In this document: in pieces, positions 11,106 to 19,566 of the stretch
Layout of the letters: the number at the start of each line of letters is the position of its first letter
How positions within the stretch are numbered: position 1 is the stretch's first letter
Assembly: GCA_964651105.1 (NCBI GenBank)
Contig: CAZYXN010000001.1
Location: forward strand, 179-64,178
Reading direction: 5' to 3'
From: an uncultured Muribaculum sp.
GTDB lineage: Bacteria; Bacteroidota; Bacteroidia; Bacteroidales; Muribaculaceae
DNA length: 64,000 nt
The notes under the pieces: model-generated
The model's database searches: none
What the model saw: only the letters and a program-made list of their open reading frames with translations
What the model was told of the DNA's origin: nothing
Translations under genes and position numbers: made by a program

Positions 11106-12620
11106 ATGAAAAAGTTTTATTCATGGATGACCGTGGTAGCAGTCGCGCTATCATTAGGTTTTGCTTCTTGCTCTGACAGCAAGGATGAGCCGGCTCCGGA
11201 ACCGGCAGCTCCCGAATTGCTCACATTTGGTTTTACAGTGACTGATAACCCCGATGTACTTTCGGCTGACTACGTAGGAGTGATTTCTGAAATTGACAAA
11301 ACTGTCAAAATCACTATGCCGGCGTTTGCTGACAAATCATCTCTTATCGCTTATTTCACTGTAGGCGAGGAAAACAAAGTTCTTGTTAATGGAGTTACAC
11401 AACAAAGCGGCGTTACAGTCAATGATTTTAACGCTCCCGTTGACTATATTATCTCAAACTCTGACGGTTCTAAAAATGTCAAGTACACTGTCACCATCGA
11501 GAAAGCAACTAACTACGAGTGGAGTGAGGTGGCTCGTTATAACCAAATCGTTCCTCGTGGCGGCAATGCGATAATGAAAATTAATCCTGTTGACAATACC
11601 CCATATGTGGCATTTATCAATAAGACCGACAACAAGGTTATCGTGATGAAGAATGAAAACGGCACATTTAGCTATGTTGGCTCACAGGAGGGTGAAAGCG
11701 GTGTTGTTACCAGTGGACGTATGGACTTCACAATCAGCAATACAGGCACACCTTACTTTATTTATAGCGACGGTTCTATTACCGATCCGGTTAAATCGGC
11801 CGCTACTGTAATGTCGTTCAACGGCTCTTCATGGAGCAATGTTGGACAGCCCGGTATTGCCGGATTTGTGCCCAGCAAGGTTCAGATTGGCGCCATCGGT
11901 TCCCAGGTTATTGCTCCGATGATTGTCAACGTCAATAATGGCTCATTTAAGAAGAGAGAAGTATATGCCTCAATCTATTCAGGTAACTGGGCAACAAACT
12001 CTCTGACTACAGCTGGTATTAATGATGCGGGTGTAGAATGTCTTACTACGACCGATAATGCCGCTTATCTTTATACTATATCATCGACTACCAAGAAGTA
12101 TTCGGTTGCTGAATACAAGAATGGAGCATGGAGCGCTCTCAGAAGTGAATATCTGGAAGCAGGTGCGACACAAGCTCCGATTGCGATGAGTGAGGCTGCC
12201 AGCATTGTAGCAACCAATGACGGAATTGTATATCTTCTTACAGCTGACGATGCCGAAACAGGTAATGTCCAGGATATGAGATTCCGCATCCTCAAGTATA
12301 GTTCTGAAACTAAAGAATGGACACTCGTAGGTGGAACAACTATGTCTTCAATAAAAGCAGATGACTATCATATCTCTGCAAAGATTGCTGTTGCTCCTGA
12401 TGGAACTCCTTTCTTTGTCTATGCTGATTATAAGAATGATAAATTTGTCAAGGTGCAATACTTTGACAACGAAACCAAGCAATGGTCTGAACCTGTTGCT
12501 GTTTCGTCGGAAGAATCAGAAAGTGTCAATATTGGCTTCTGCGACAACGGCGAGGCTTATATTACATATGTAGGCGCTGACGACAATATTGTGTTGCTCA
12601 AGTATGCTGCCAAGAAATAA
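11106..12620 (+). CDS. Surface lipoprotein with an Ig-like stalk and a probable beta-propeller
   Basis: Lipobox FASC followed by SDSKDE; N-terminal beta-sandwich-like segment; about seven spaced aromatic motifs (YEWSEV, FSYVG, SWSNVG, NWATN, AWSAL, EWTLVG, QWSEPV) typical of propeller blades. Confidence 0.65.
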   Translation: MKKFYSWMTVVAVALSLGFASCSDSKDEPAPEPAAPELLTFGFTVTDNPDVLSADYVGVISEIDKTVKITMPAFADKSSLIAYFTVGEENKVLVNGVTQQSGVTVNDFNAPVDYIISNSDGSKNVKYTVTIEKATNYEWSEVARYNQIVPRGGNAIMKINPVDNTPYVAFINKTDNKVIVMKNENGTFSYVGSQEGESGVVTSGRMDFTISNTGTPYFIYSDGSITDPVKSAATVMSFNGSSWSNVGQPGIAGFVPSKVQIGAIGSQVIAPMIVNVNNGSFKKREVYASIYSGNWATNSLTTAGINDAGVECLTTTDNAAYLYTISSTTKKYSVAEYKNGAWSALRSEYLEAGATQAPIAMSEAASIVATNDGIVYLLTADDAETGNVQDMRFRILKYSSETKEWTLVGGTTMSSIKADDYHISAKIAVAPDGTPFFVYADYKNDKFVKVQYFDNETKQWSEPVAVSSEESESVNIGFCDNGEAYITYVGADDNIVLLKYAAKK

Positions 12621-12636
12621 AAACTGATTGATATTA

Positions 12637-12680
12637 AAGAGCGCATATGGGAATTCTTCTCACATGCGCTCTTCTTTTTA
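12637..12680 (+). terminator. Intra-operon terminator/attenuator hairpin
   Basis: AAGAGCGCAT (12637-12646) / ATGCGCTCTT (12664-12673), with further imperfect pairing inside, followed by CTTTTTA. Confidence 0.65.
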
Positions 12681-14139
12681 TTTTGTCGCTATGATTATAC
12701 CTTTATTGCTTGCCTCGGTCATAACTCTGAACGGAGCAGTACAGACCGAAAACGGTCGTGGAGTCAAGGGTATTTCCGTCTCCAATGGAGACACCATTGT
12801 AATAACCGATAAGAAAGGGCACTACTCGCTGCCGGTTATAGAGGATATGAGCGTGTTTCCGATTCTCGACGGAGGATGGAAGATGGTGTCACAATCCAAG
12901 GTCGGAAATGTCTCGTTCCCGTTTTATAGTAATGAAAATCCGTGTGGCGACAGGCTTGATTTTGTCGTTGAGCGGAAGCCGGTAGCCAAAAACTTTTCAG
13001 TTAATATAATAGGTGATGTGCAGGTGGGCGATTTGCAGGAACTTGACTATGCGGCACGCACGTTATGGCCTGAACTTATGGTTGATTCACTTGTTGGGTT
13101 CAACCTGTGGCTCGGAGATCTTGTCAATAATAATCTCACGCTATATCCACGTCTGCGGGCTATGATGGAGATGCTGCCGGCTCCATCCTGGACTATGGTA
13201 GGCAATCATGACAGGGATGTGGATTCAATACGTACACGCCAGACTATTTCGTTCGGGCGTGAATTTGGCGCTCCGACTTATGCCTTTACCGAGGGTAATG
13301 TGACATTTATTGTGCTTAACAATGTTTATGGTGACGGCGCCCGTTCATATCGCGGGCAACTTGACGATCGGCAATTGCGATTTGTGTCTAATCTTATGAA
13401 GATTCTTCCAAAGCACAGACGCATTGTAATAACCGCCCACATCCCATTGGTTCATATGTCCAATCGGGATAAACTTCTGGATATACTCCGTGGCCGTGGT
13501 GATGTGCTTGCTTTGACCGGACACATGCATGCCGTGAGTCGCAATTTCCTTTATGGTGATGATGTCACGGTTCACGAGCTGGTAGGTGGCGCTACATGCG
13601 GTTTTTGGTGGGTCGGCGAGAAAGACTGGGAGGGTATTCCATCGGCATTGATGCAATGCGGCACTCCAAAAGGTTATTTTCGTATGAATTTCACGCCTCG
13701 GGATTACGAATTTTCGTATAAAGCAACTTCTCAGGACGACACGCGTCAAGCTTCTATATGGATTGCCGGTATAGATACGATACAGTCACATATACCGGAT
13801 CTTAAAGCTTTTGAACGTGGAGAAGTGCTTGTTACTGTGTATGGAGGATGTGACAGCACGCAAGTGGTGGCTAATATAGATGGCGCTCTTGAATTGGAGG
13901 GCACTAAGGAAAAAATTATAGATCCAAATGTAGCGCGTATAAGGGAGCTTAATAGCCGAAAGATATATCCTACGCGACACAGTCGCCGTAATCCGTTCAG
14001 ACATTCGGCAAGTCCTCAGGTATGGCGGCTTAAACTTCCTGTAGAATATCTTGACGGCACTCATCGTATTGATATTGTCGCTACTGACAGGTACGGATTG
14101 CGATGTCGTTCTTCACGAGTGTTCAGTTATCCTGATTAG
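12664..14139 (+). CDS. Secreted calcineurin-like metallophosphoesterase (start 12664 or 12691)
   Basis: GDVQ, LGDLVN, GNHD, TAHIP and TGHMH metal-binding motifs; N-terminal GISVSNG..TDKKGHYSL domain; hydrophobic N-terminus. Confidence 0.88.
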   Translation: MRSSFYFVAMIIPLLLASVITLNGAVQTENGRGVKGISVSNGDTIVITDKKGHYSLPVIEDMSVFPILDGGWKMVSQSKVGNVSFPFYSNENPCGDRLDFVVERKPVAKNFSVNIIGDVQVGDLQELDYAARTLWPELMVDSLVGFNLWLGDLVNNNLTLYPRLRAMMEMLPAPSWTMVGNHDRDVDSIRTRQTISFGREFGAPTYAFTEGNVTFIVLNNVYGDGARSYRGQLDDRQLRFVSNLMKILPKHRRIVITAHIPLVHMSNRDKLLDILRGRGDVLALTGHMHAVSRNFLYGDDVTVHELVGGATCGFWWVGEKDWEGIPSALMQCGTPKGYFRMNFTPRDYEFSYKATSQDDTRQASIWIAGIDTIQSHIPDLKAFERGEVLVTVYGGCDSTQVVANIDGALELEGTKEKIIDPNVARIRELNSRKIYPTRHSRRNPFRHSASPQVWRLKLPVEYLDGTHRIDIVATDRYGLRCRSSRVFSYPD

Positions 14140-14143
14140 AATT

Positions 14144-14229
14144 ACTGCCAATAGAGATTACTTAAGAGAGTTTTATGGTCAATGAAGGTCAAATTTTTGA
14201 CTTCCATTGACCATAATTATATTGGCAGT
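14144..14229. terminator. Long nested hairpin between convergent genes (probable bidirectional terminator)
   Basis: Inner arms TTATGGTCAATG (14173-14184) / CATTGACCATAA (14205-14216), extended by GTCAAA/TTTGAC; outer arms ACTGCCAATA (14144-14153) / TATTGGCAGT (14220-14229). Confidence 0.6.
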
Positions 14230-14233
14230 TGGT

Positions 14234-15016
14234 TTACCATAAGATTTTTTTGCCTCCTTTTATATAAATCTGCCCTTTTAGTGGATTATTGACTTTTCGA
14301 CCTGTTAAATCATAGATGAGGTTATCATCCTTTTTGTCATCATAGATTGTTATAAGTCCGCTATATTTCTTCAAATCTTCGTCTGAAAAGATGCATACTC
14401 CGTCTTTCTCGCATTTAATCAACGTCGTCTCATAATAACTGCAAGTAGGAAGAGGGTAATCAATCATAGAAGCAGCGCCAAAATTGCTGATCATCCCGAC
14501 TCCTTCTATCCAATAGCCTAAAAAATTATGTCTTTCATTCTCGATAGTTATGATGCGGAAGTCTTTTCCATTGATTGATACTCGTTCATCATTTGCGACT
14601 ACCAGCATAATATCATCATAATATTCCATATAATCCGGATTCAGTATGGGTCTTGTGTCACCGGTCTTGACATTAAAATCTATTTTGGGATAAAACTTTT
14701 TTAAATATTTAAAGTAGTCATAGATAACACCGTCTTTTTCATATACGGCAAAGTAATAATCGTCACGTTCCATATTAAGAGATCTATTACGCACTTTGGC
14801 CGCTACAACATTATTTATGATAGTGTCGCCGACAACTGATAATTCATAATATTCATTTTTTTCAGGATCATCAGGATAATAATCAAAATATGTCCATGTT
14901 TTTCTTTCTTCATAAACACGAGGAATCGGTGCTGCAGTTTCTCCCATTACCGTAATACTCGTCAGCCACAAAAGAAGTAATATTACTATACGCATAAACA
15001 TTCTGATTTGCATCAA
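14234..15016 (-). CDS. Hypothetical secreted protein with a short T9SS-type C-terminal sorting domain
   Basis: Signal peptide; C-terminus IYDLTGRKVNNPLKGQIYIKGGKKILW resembles CTD motifs (YDLxGR..., GxYI...KK). Confidence 0.7.
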   Translation of the reverse strand: MMQIRMFMRIVILLLLWLTSITVMGETAAPIPRVYEERKTWTYFDYYPDDPEKNEYYELSVVGDTIINNVVAAKVRNRSLNMERDDYYFAVYEKDGVIYDYFKYLKKFYPKIDFNVKTGDTRPILNPDYMEYYDDIMLVVANDERVSINGKDFRIITIENERHNFLGYWIEGVGMISNFGAASMIDYPLPTCSYYETTLIKCEKDGVCIFSDEDLKKYSGLITIYDDKKDDNLIYDLTGRKVNNPLKGQIYIKGGKKILW

Positions 15017-15274
15017 TTATTCTTTAATCAATCGGCATGAGTCAACCAATTCATTATTGACATATAGAGAACCAAGTAAAAATAATGGTATTATTAAGGT
15101 CTTTATCATAGGATGATGATATAATTATTGCTATTTTCGCAAAAAATTGAAAATGTTTAAGAAAAACAAATAAAAATAGGGTAAATTTAAATTGTAAGAA
15201 TATTGGAATAGTTGAATGTGTTGTGATGTAACGGCAATAAACATTGAAATAATACGTTAGAATATAAAAATGTC

Positions 15275-15856
15275 ATGAAGAAAATAGTATTTGCCACTAA
15301 TAACGCTCATAAGCTTGATGAAGTGCGTGCCATTATAGGCACGGAATATTGTGTGATGGGTCTTCACGATATAGGTTGTGATGAGGATATTCCTGAAACT
15401 TCCGACACTCTTGACGGAAATGCCGAGATTAAGGCCCGTTTTGTCAAAGAAAAATACGGTTACGACTGTTTTGCCGATGATACCGGCCTTGAAGTGGAGG
15501 CTCTGAATGGCGCTCCCGGCGTGTATTCAGCCCGTTATGCCGGTCCTGGCCACAATTCAGAGGCGAATATGGCTCTTTTGCTTGAGAATATGAAGGATAA
15601 AGAGAATAGAAAGGCCCGTTTCAGAACTGTTATATGCCTTATTGAAGGCGATTCCATGAAGAAATTTGAAGGAATTGTCGATGGTGTTATTATAAGGGAG
15701 CGTAGAGGAGATAACGGCTTCGGATATGATCCGGTATTTGTTCCTGAAGGTTTTGAACGCACGTTTGCCGAGCTTACTTCTGAAGAAAAAAATGAAATAA
15801 GCCATCGCGGACTGGCAACTGCCAAGCTGATTGATTATTTTCATCACAAGAATTAG
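15275..15856 (+). CDS. rdgB: Non-canonical purine NTP pyrophosphatase (RdgB/HAM1)
   Basis: [34 protein letters not shown](V)F and ISHRG motifs. Confidence 0.96.
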   Translation: MKKIVFATNNAHKLDEVRAIIGTEYCVMGLHDIGCDEDIPETSDTLDGNAEIKARFVKEKYGYDCFADDTGLEVEALNGAPGVYSARYAGPGHNSEANMALLLENMKDKENRKARFRTVICLIEGDSMKKFEGIVDGVIIRERRGDNGFGYDPVFVPEGFERTFAELTSEEKNEISHRGLATAKLIDYFHHKN

Positions 15857-15878
15857 TAAGTTGATTGATATCTTATTT

Positions 15879-18284
15879 ATGATGAAAAGAATACTGTCGA
15901 CCATCCTATCGTTTTTCATTGTGACCGTTGCTTTCTGTCAAGGTACCGGCTCTTGGAAAATATACAGTAACTATAGTGCGAATTATCCGCAAAAGGTAAT
16001 AGACACCAAGAATATAGTATATTATCTATCAGGAGGCTATGTATATGCATATGATAAAAATAGCGGTGAGACCATAGGATATAATTACGGTAATGGATTA
16101 AGCGATGTTAATGTGATTGACATTCATCGTAATTATGACCGTGACTATGTGATGCTGTTTTATCAATCAGGAAATATTGATTTGATATATGACAATGGGG
16201 ATATAGTTAATCTTGGAGATATAGTTTCAGCTTCTTCTGTTACCAATAAGTCTCTCAATGATGTGGTTTTTTCAGGAGATGACGCTTATGTGGCTACCGG
16301 ATTCGGCATAGTAAAATTCGATACATCAAATTATGTAGTGAGGGAATCGGGTATTTTCAATCGAAATGTGAATAATGTGGCTATTGCAGGAGACAAGCTT
16401 GTCATTCTAATGAATGATAATTTTTATTATTCACCTCTTGAAGGGCGGCATAACACACTTGAATCGTTTACTTCTTTGGGAGATGTCGGAAAAATCAAAG
16501 AGTTGGAAGCGATATCCGATAATAAATTTCTTTACACCAGTGATTCCGAACTTGAGGGAATCATGACTGTCGACTATCAGAATAATTCGATTGTAAAAGA
16601 CTATATATACCTTTATTTTAATCCTACAATTAACCGGCAGGGTGATAAATGGGTCATCGGGAATAATTCCAATTATGTTATCGTTGACTCGGACGGCAAC
16701 ACTTCGCGTTATGATGTGCCGGAAAATATAAAGAAAAAAGGGTATGAAGACTGTCTGCGGTATAATTCTGAAATTGCCGACGGCAGCATGTGGTTCATCA
16801 ATCCCGATGGATTAGGTCATTATGATAATTCGACAGGTAAGATTGACCAGACTGAAATACGTCCAATGAGCACATACTTCAATCTCGGTGTATGGAGTAT
16901 TGTCCCCGGCCGCTCATCTGACGACATTTATCTTATAAATCGTGCGGAAAGACATTGTGTCGAAATATATGCCAGTAGGGATTTACTTTCAATAAATAAA
17001 CTGAAAGACGGTTTTGTGACAGATATAACTCCTGATGCCGCCGATGTGGAATTTGTAAATCCTGAATCCAAAAATATTCCTAATCCCGGTTTTTCAATTG
17101 TAGAGGATCCGGAAGAAGCCGGAACCGTTTATCTGGGCACTTGGTTTGAAGGAATATACAAATTTAAGGATGGCAAGCAAGCGGCAAAATATGACTGGAG
17201 AAATATGCCGCTTGATGAGACATACAATTGTACCGCTCTTTCTTTGGATTTCGACAATGCCAATAATCTGTGGGTTTACAGTTACGATTATAGAAAAAAT
17301 ATATTTATAGGGGTTCTGCCGGCTGCAAAAAGAAAGCAGACGGGAATAACCCAAAACGACTGGATAAGCATTAAACCTGCTGATATAGGAGTGTTTTTTT
17401 CGCGTGATTCCAATATCAAGGCATTGAGACATCCTAAAAATAAAAATCTGATAGTTGTGACTTCGTCGGATGCTCCATATAAGTTTTTAGTCTATAATAC
17501 AAATGGAACCATAGACACTACTTCCGATGACACATATCACGTCTATACCGGATTCATAGACCAAGATGGCAGATCATTCGGTCCTGCACCGATATTCAGT
17601 GTCTGTGAGGATAATGACGGTGCTTTGTGGCTTGGAACTTCCGACGGAGTGATAGTGGCGCATAACCCGTCATCGATGCTTGGTGGAAATGGAACTATCG
17701 AGCGTGTAAAAGTTCCGAGAAATGATGGGACGCAGTATGCCGATTATCTTCTTGCCAATCGCGAGGTTTCGGCTATTGCTGTTGACAATGCCAATAGAAA
17801 ATGGTTTGGCACGCCCTCATCAGGATTGTATCTTGTCAGTGCTGACGGAAAAGAGGTAATTAATAATTTTACCGTTGATAACAGCGGAATGCCGGTTGAT
17901 GAGATAACGTCATTATGTTGTAACCCTGCTAATAATTCCGTCTATATAGGAACTCGATACGGGCTTGTGGAATATATTTCCGATGCATCTCCTGCAAAAG
18001 ACGATTTTTCCGAAATATACGCCTATCCTAATCCTGTGCGTCCGGAATATGCAGGACCAATTACCATCACCGGATTGATGGATGGCTCTCTTGTGAAAAT
18101 CGCCGATATATCGGGTAATGTGTTTTATCAGTGTAAAGCTACCGGAGGTATGGCTGTATGGGATGGATGTGATGCCTCAGGGAGACGTGTCAAAACTGGT
18201 GTATACCTGGTGTTTGCGTCAAGCGGAGATTCTGATGGCGGCTCTTCAAAAGGCGCTGTAGCCAAAATAATGGTGATTAATTGA
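15879..18284 (+). CDS. porZ: PorZ-like T9SS surface component (beta-propellers plus CTD)
   Basis: Signal peptide from ATG 15879; two-component-regulator-propeller-like repeats (LWLGT, KWFGT, VYIGT); C-terminal YAYPNPVRP...WDG...GVYLV CTD; YLL-type motif before the last blades. Confidence 0.8.
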   Translation: MMKRILSTILSFFIVTVAFCQGTGSWKIYSNYSANYPQKVIDTKNIVYYLSGGYVYAYDKNSGETIGYNYGNGLSDVNVIDIHRNYDRDYVMLFYQSGNIDLIYDNGDIVNLGDIVSASSVTNKSLNDVVFSGDDAYVATGFGIVKFDTSNYVVRESGIFNRNVNNVAIAGDKLVILMNDNFYYSPLEGRHNTLESFTSLGDVGKIKELEAISDNKFLYTSDSELEGIMTVDYQNNSIVKDYIYLYFNPTINRQGDKWVIGNNSNYVIVDSDGNTSRYDVPENIKKKGYEDCLRYNSEIADGSMWFINPDGLGHYDNSTGKIDQTEIRPMSTYFNLGVWSIVPGRSSDDIYLINRAERHCVEIYASRDLLSINKLKDGFVTDITPDAADVEFVNPESKNIPNPGFSIVEDPEEAGTVYLGTWFEGIYKFKDGKQAAKYDWRNMPLDETYNCTALSLDFDNANNLWVYSYDYRKNIFIGVLPAAKRKQTGITQNDWISIKPADIGVFFSRDSNIKALRHPKNKNLIVVTSSDAPYKFLVYNTNGTIDTTSDDTYHVYTGFIDQDGRSFGPAPIFSVCEDNDGALWLGTSDGVIVAHNPSSMLGGNGTIERVKVPRNDGTQYADYLLANREVSAIAVDNANRKWFGTPSSGLYLVSADGKEVINNFTVDNSGMPVDEITSLCCNPANNSVYIGTRYGLVEYISDASPAKDDFSEIYAYPNPVRPEYAGPITITGLMDGSLVKIADISGNVFYQCKATGGMAVWDGCDASGRRVKTGVYLVFASSGDSDGGSSKGAVAKIMVIN

Positions 18285-18318
18285 AAATAAAAATTGGGTA
18301 AAATCCAATCCAAACTAT

Positions 18319-18326
18319 TATATTTG
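18319..18326 (+). promoter_or_regulatory. -7 promoter element
   Basis: TATATTTG, 27 nt upstream of ATG 18354. Confidence 0.6.
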
Positions 18327-18353
18327 TCGTTATAAAGTATAATACGATAGTTT

Positions 18354-18875
18354 ATGAAACTTCAATATATAGATGAAAATGATAAATGTTACGGTATTAC
18401 CGGAATGGCTATAGGCGTGACAATTTTTGATGCCGATGAGATAATATCGGCAATATCACTTGATTCAGAATCAGGAGAAACGATAGAATTTTCTCCGGGA
18501 TACTATTTTAACGGGAATCCGAGATTGTCGGCTAAAGTTTCATGGAATCATATATTGAAGCATTTTGAGGTGTCTATGGGAATGCTTCTCGGCAATGTGT
18601 TGTGTCGCAGCCATGTGCTAAATAGTATGTCATTTGACAATGATACCCGCAAACAGCTTCTTGAGCTCATAGAAGAGGAGGGAAGAGAGACATGTATGCT
18701 TGAAGATGATGAGATAGAGAGTTTGTTCAATAGACATTATAATTATCTGAGTCAGGTGTTCAATCATATGGGAGTCCGGAGAGTGGCGCGTGATTTTGCC
18801 GAAACATTGAAACAATGCAGGCGGATGTCACGCGGAGAAATGGCTGAGAAATTGAGAGCGTTGCAGATGTATTGA
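18354..18875 (+). CDS. Hypothetical protein (possible degenerate peptidase-M41-like fold)
   Basis: Clean 173-aa ORF with its own promoter motif; the fold call is a motif-level inference only. Confidence 0.7.
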   Translation: MKLQYIDENDKCYGITGMAIGVTIFDADEIISAISLDSESGETIEFSPGYYFNGNPRLSAKVSWNHILKHFEVSMGMLLGNVLCRSHVLNSMSFDNDTRKQLLELIEEEGRETCMLEDDEIESLFNRHYNYLSQVFNHMGVRRVARDFAETLKQCRRMSRGEMAEKLRALQMY

Positions 18876-18889
18876 TCAGATAGTTCTTT

Positions 18890-19522
18890 TTATAACGCTC
18901 CTTCTTCTACAAGGATGCATACGCGTTCTATAATCGCGTCATCCTTATTTTTATCGGGCCGATAGGATGATTTAAGATTTACGCCGAAGAAGTGTCCGAA
19001 AGTCTGCCAAAAACCGGCTCTGAATGTCCCGAGGAATGCTTTTAAAATAGAATAGCTGCTTTGGTTTGTTTCGCGGTTAATCAATTTTACAAGCATTTTA
19101 CCCTGTGATTTTGTAAATCTTTTTAATTCCGGTTTATATTGCGCGAATATCTCTTTTTCCATTTGGGATAAATATTGTTCGCGTTCTTTTTGAGTGGGAA
19201 AGGTTTCGATATATTCATAAGTTTCAAGAAGAGTTTCAGCTATAAGCTTGGCATATGGCAATGTGCGTTTCACATCTCTTACCGTACGCCAATAAAATTC
19301 TTCTTGTTTTTTATTTTTGAATTTTAATGTGGGAAAGACTGTTATGTTGTTCAGTACCACCATCAGTGCGGTATCACCTTGTTCTGTTATAAAATGATAT
19401 CGTCCTTCTATAGGTTTCTGACGGGGATTGGGCGGAACAGGCACGCCGTTGGTATCCACTGTTTGCGCGAAAGCAGTGACATGAAACAATATAGATATAA
19501 TGAGTATATGGAATAATCTCAT
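18890..19522 (-). CDS. DUF4294-family protein
   Basis: Signal peptide; RDVKRTLPYAK, QGKMLVKLINRET and FWQTFGHFFGVNLK resemble this Bacteroidetes family. Confidence 0.75.
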   Translation of the reverse strand: MRLFHILIISILFHVTAFAQTVDTNGVPVPPNPRQKPIEGRYHFITEQGDTALMVVLNNITVFPTLKFKNKKQEEFYWRTVRDVKRTLPYAKLIAETLLETYEYIETFPTQKEREQYLSQMEKEIFAQYKPELKRFTKSQGKMLVKLINRETNQSSYSILKAFLGTFRAGFWQTFGHFFGVNLKSSYRPDKNKDDAIIERVCILVEEGAL

Positions 19523-19566
19523 GTCACTATAACAATGAATATAGCTGAAATATTGTGAAATAAAAG

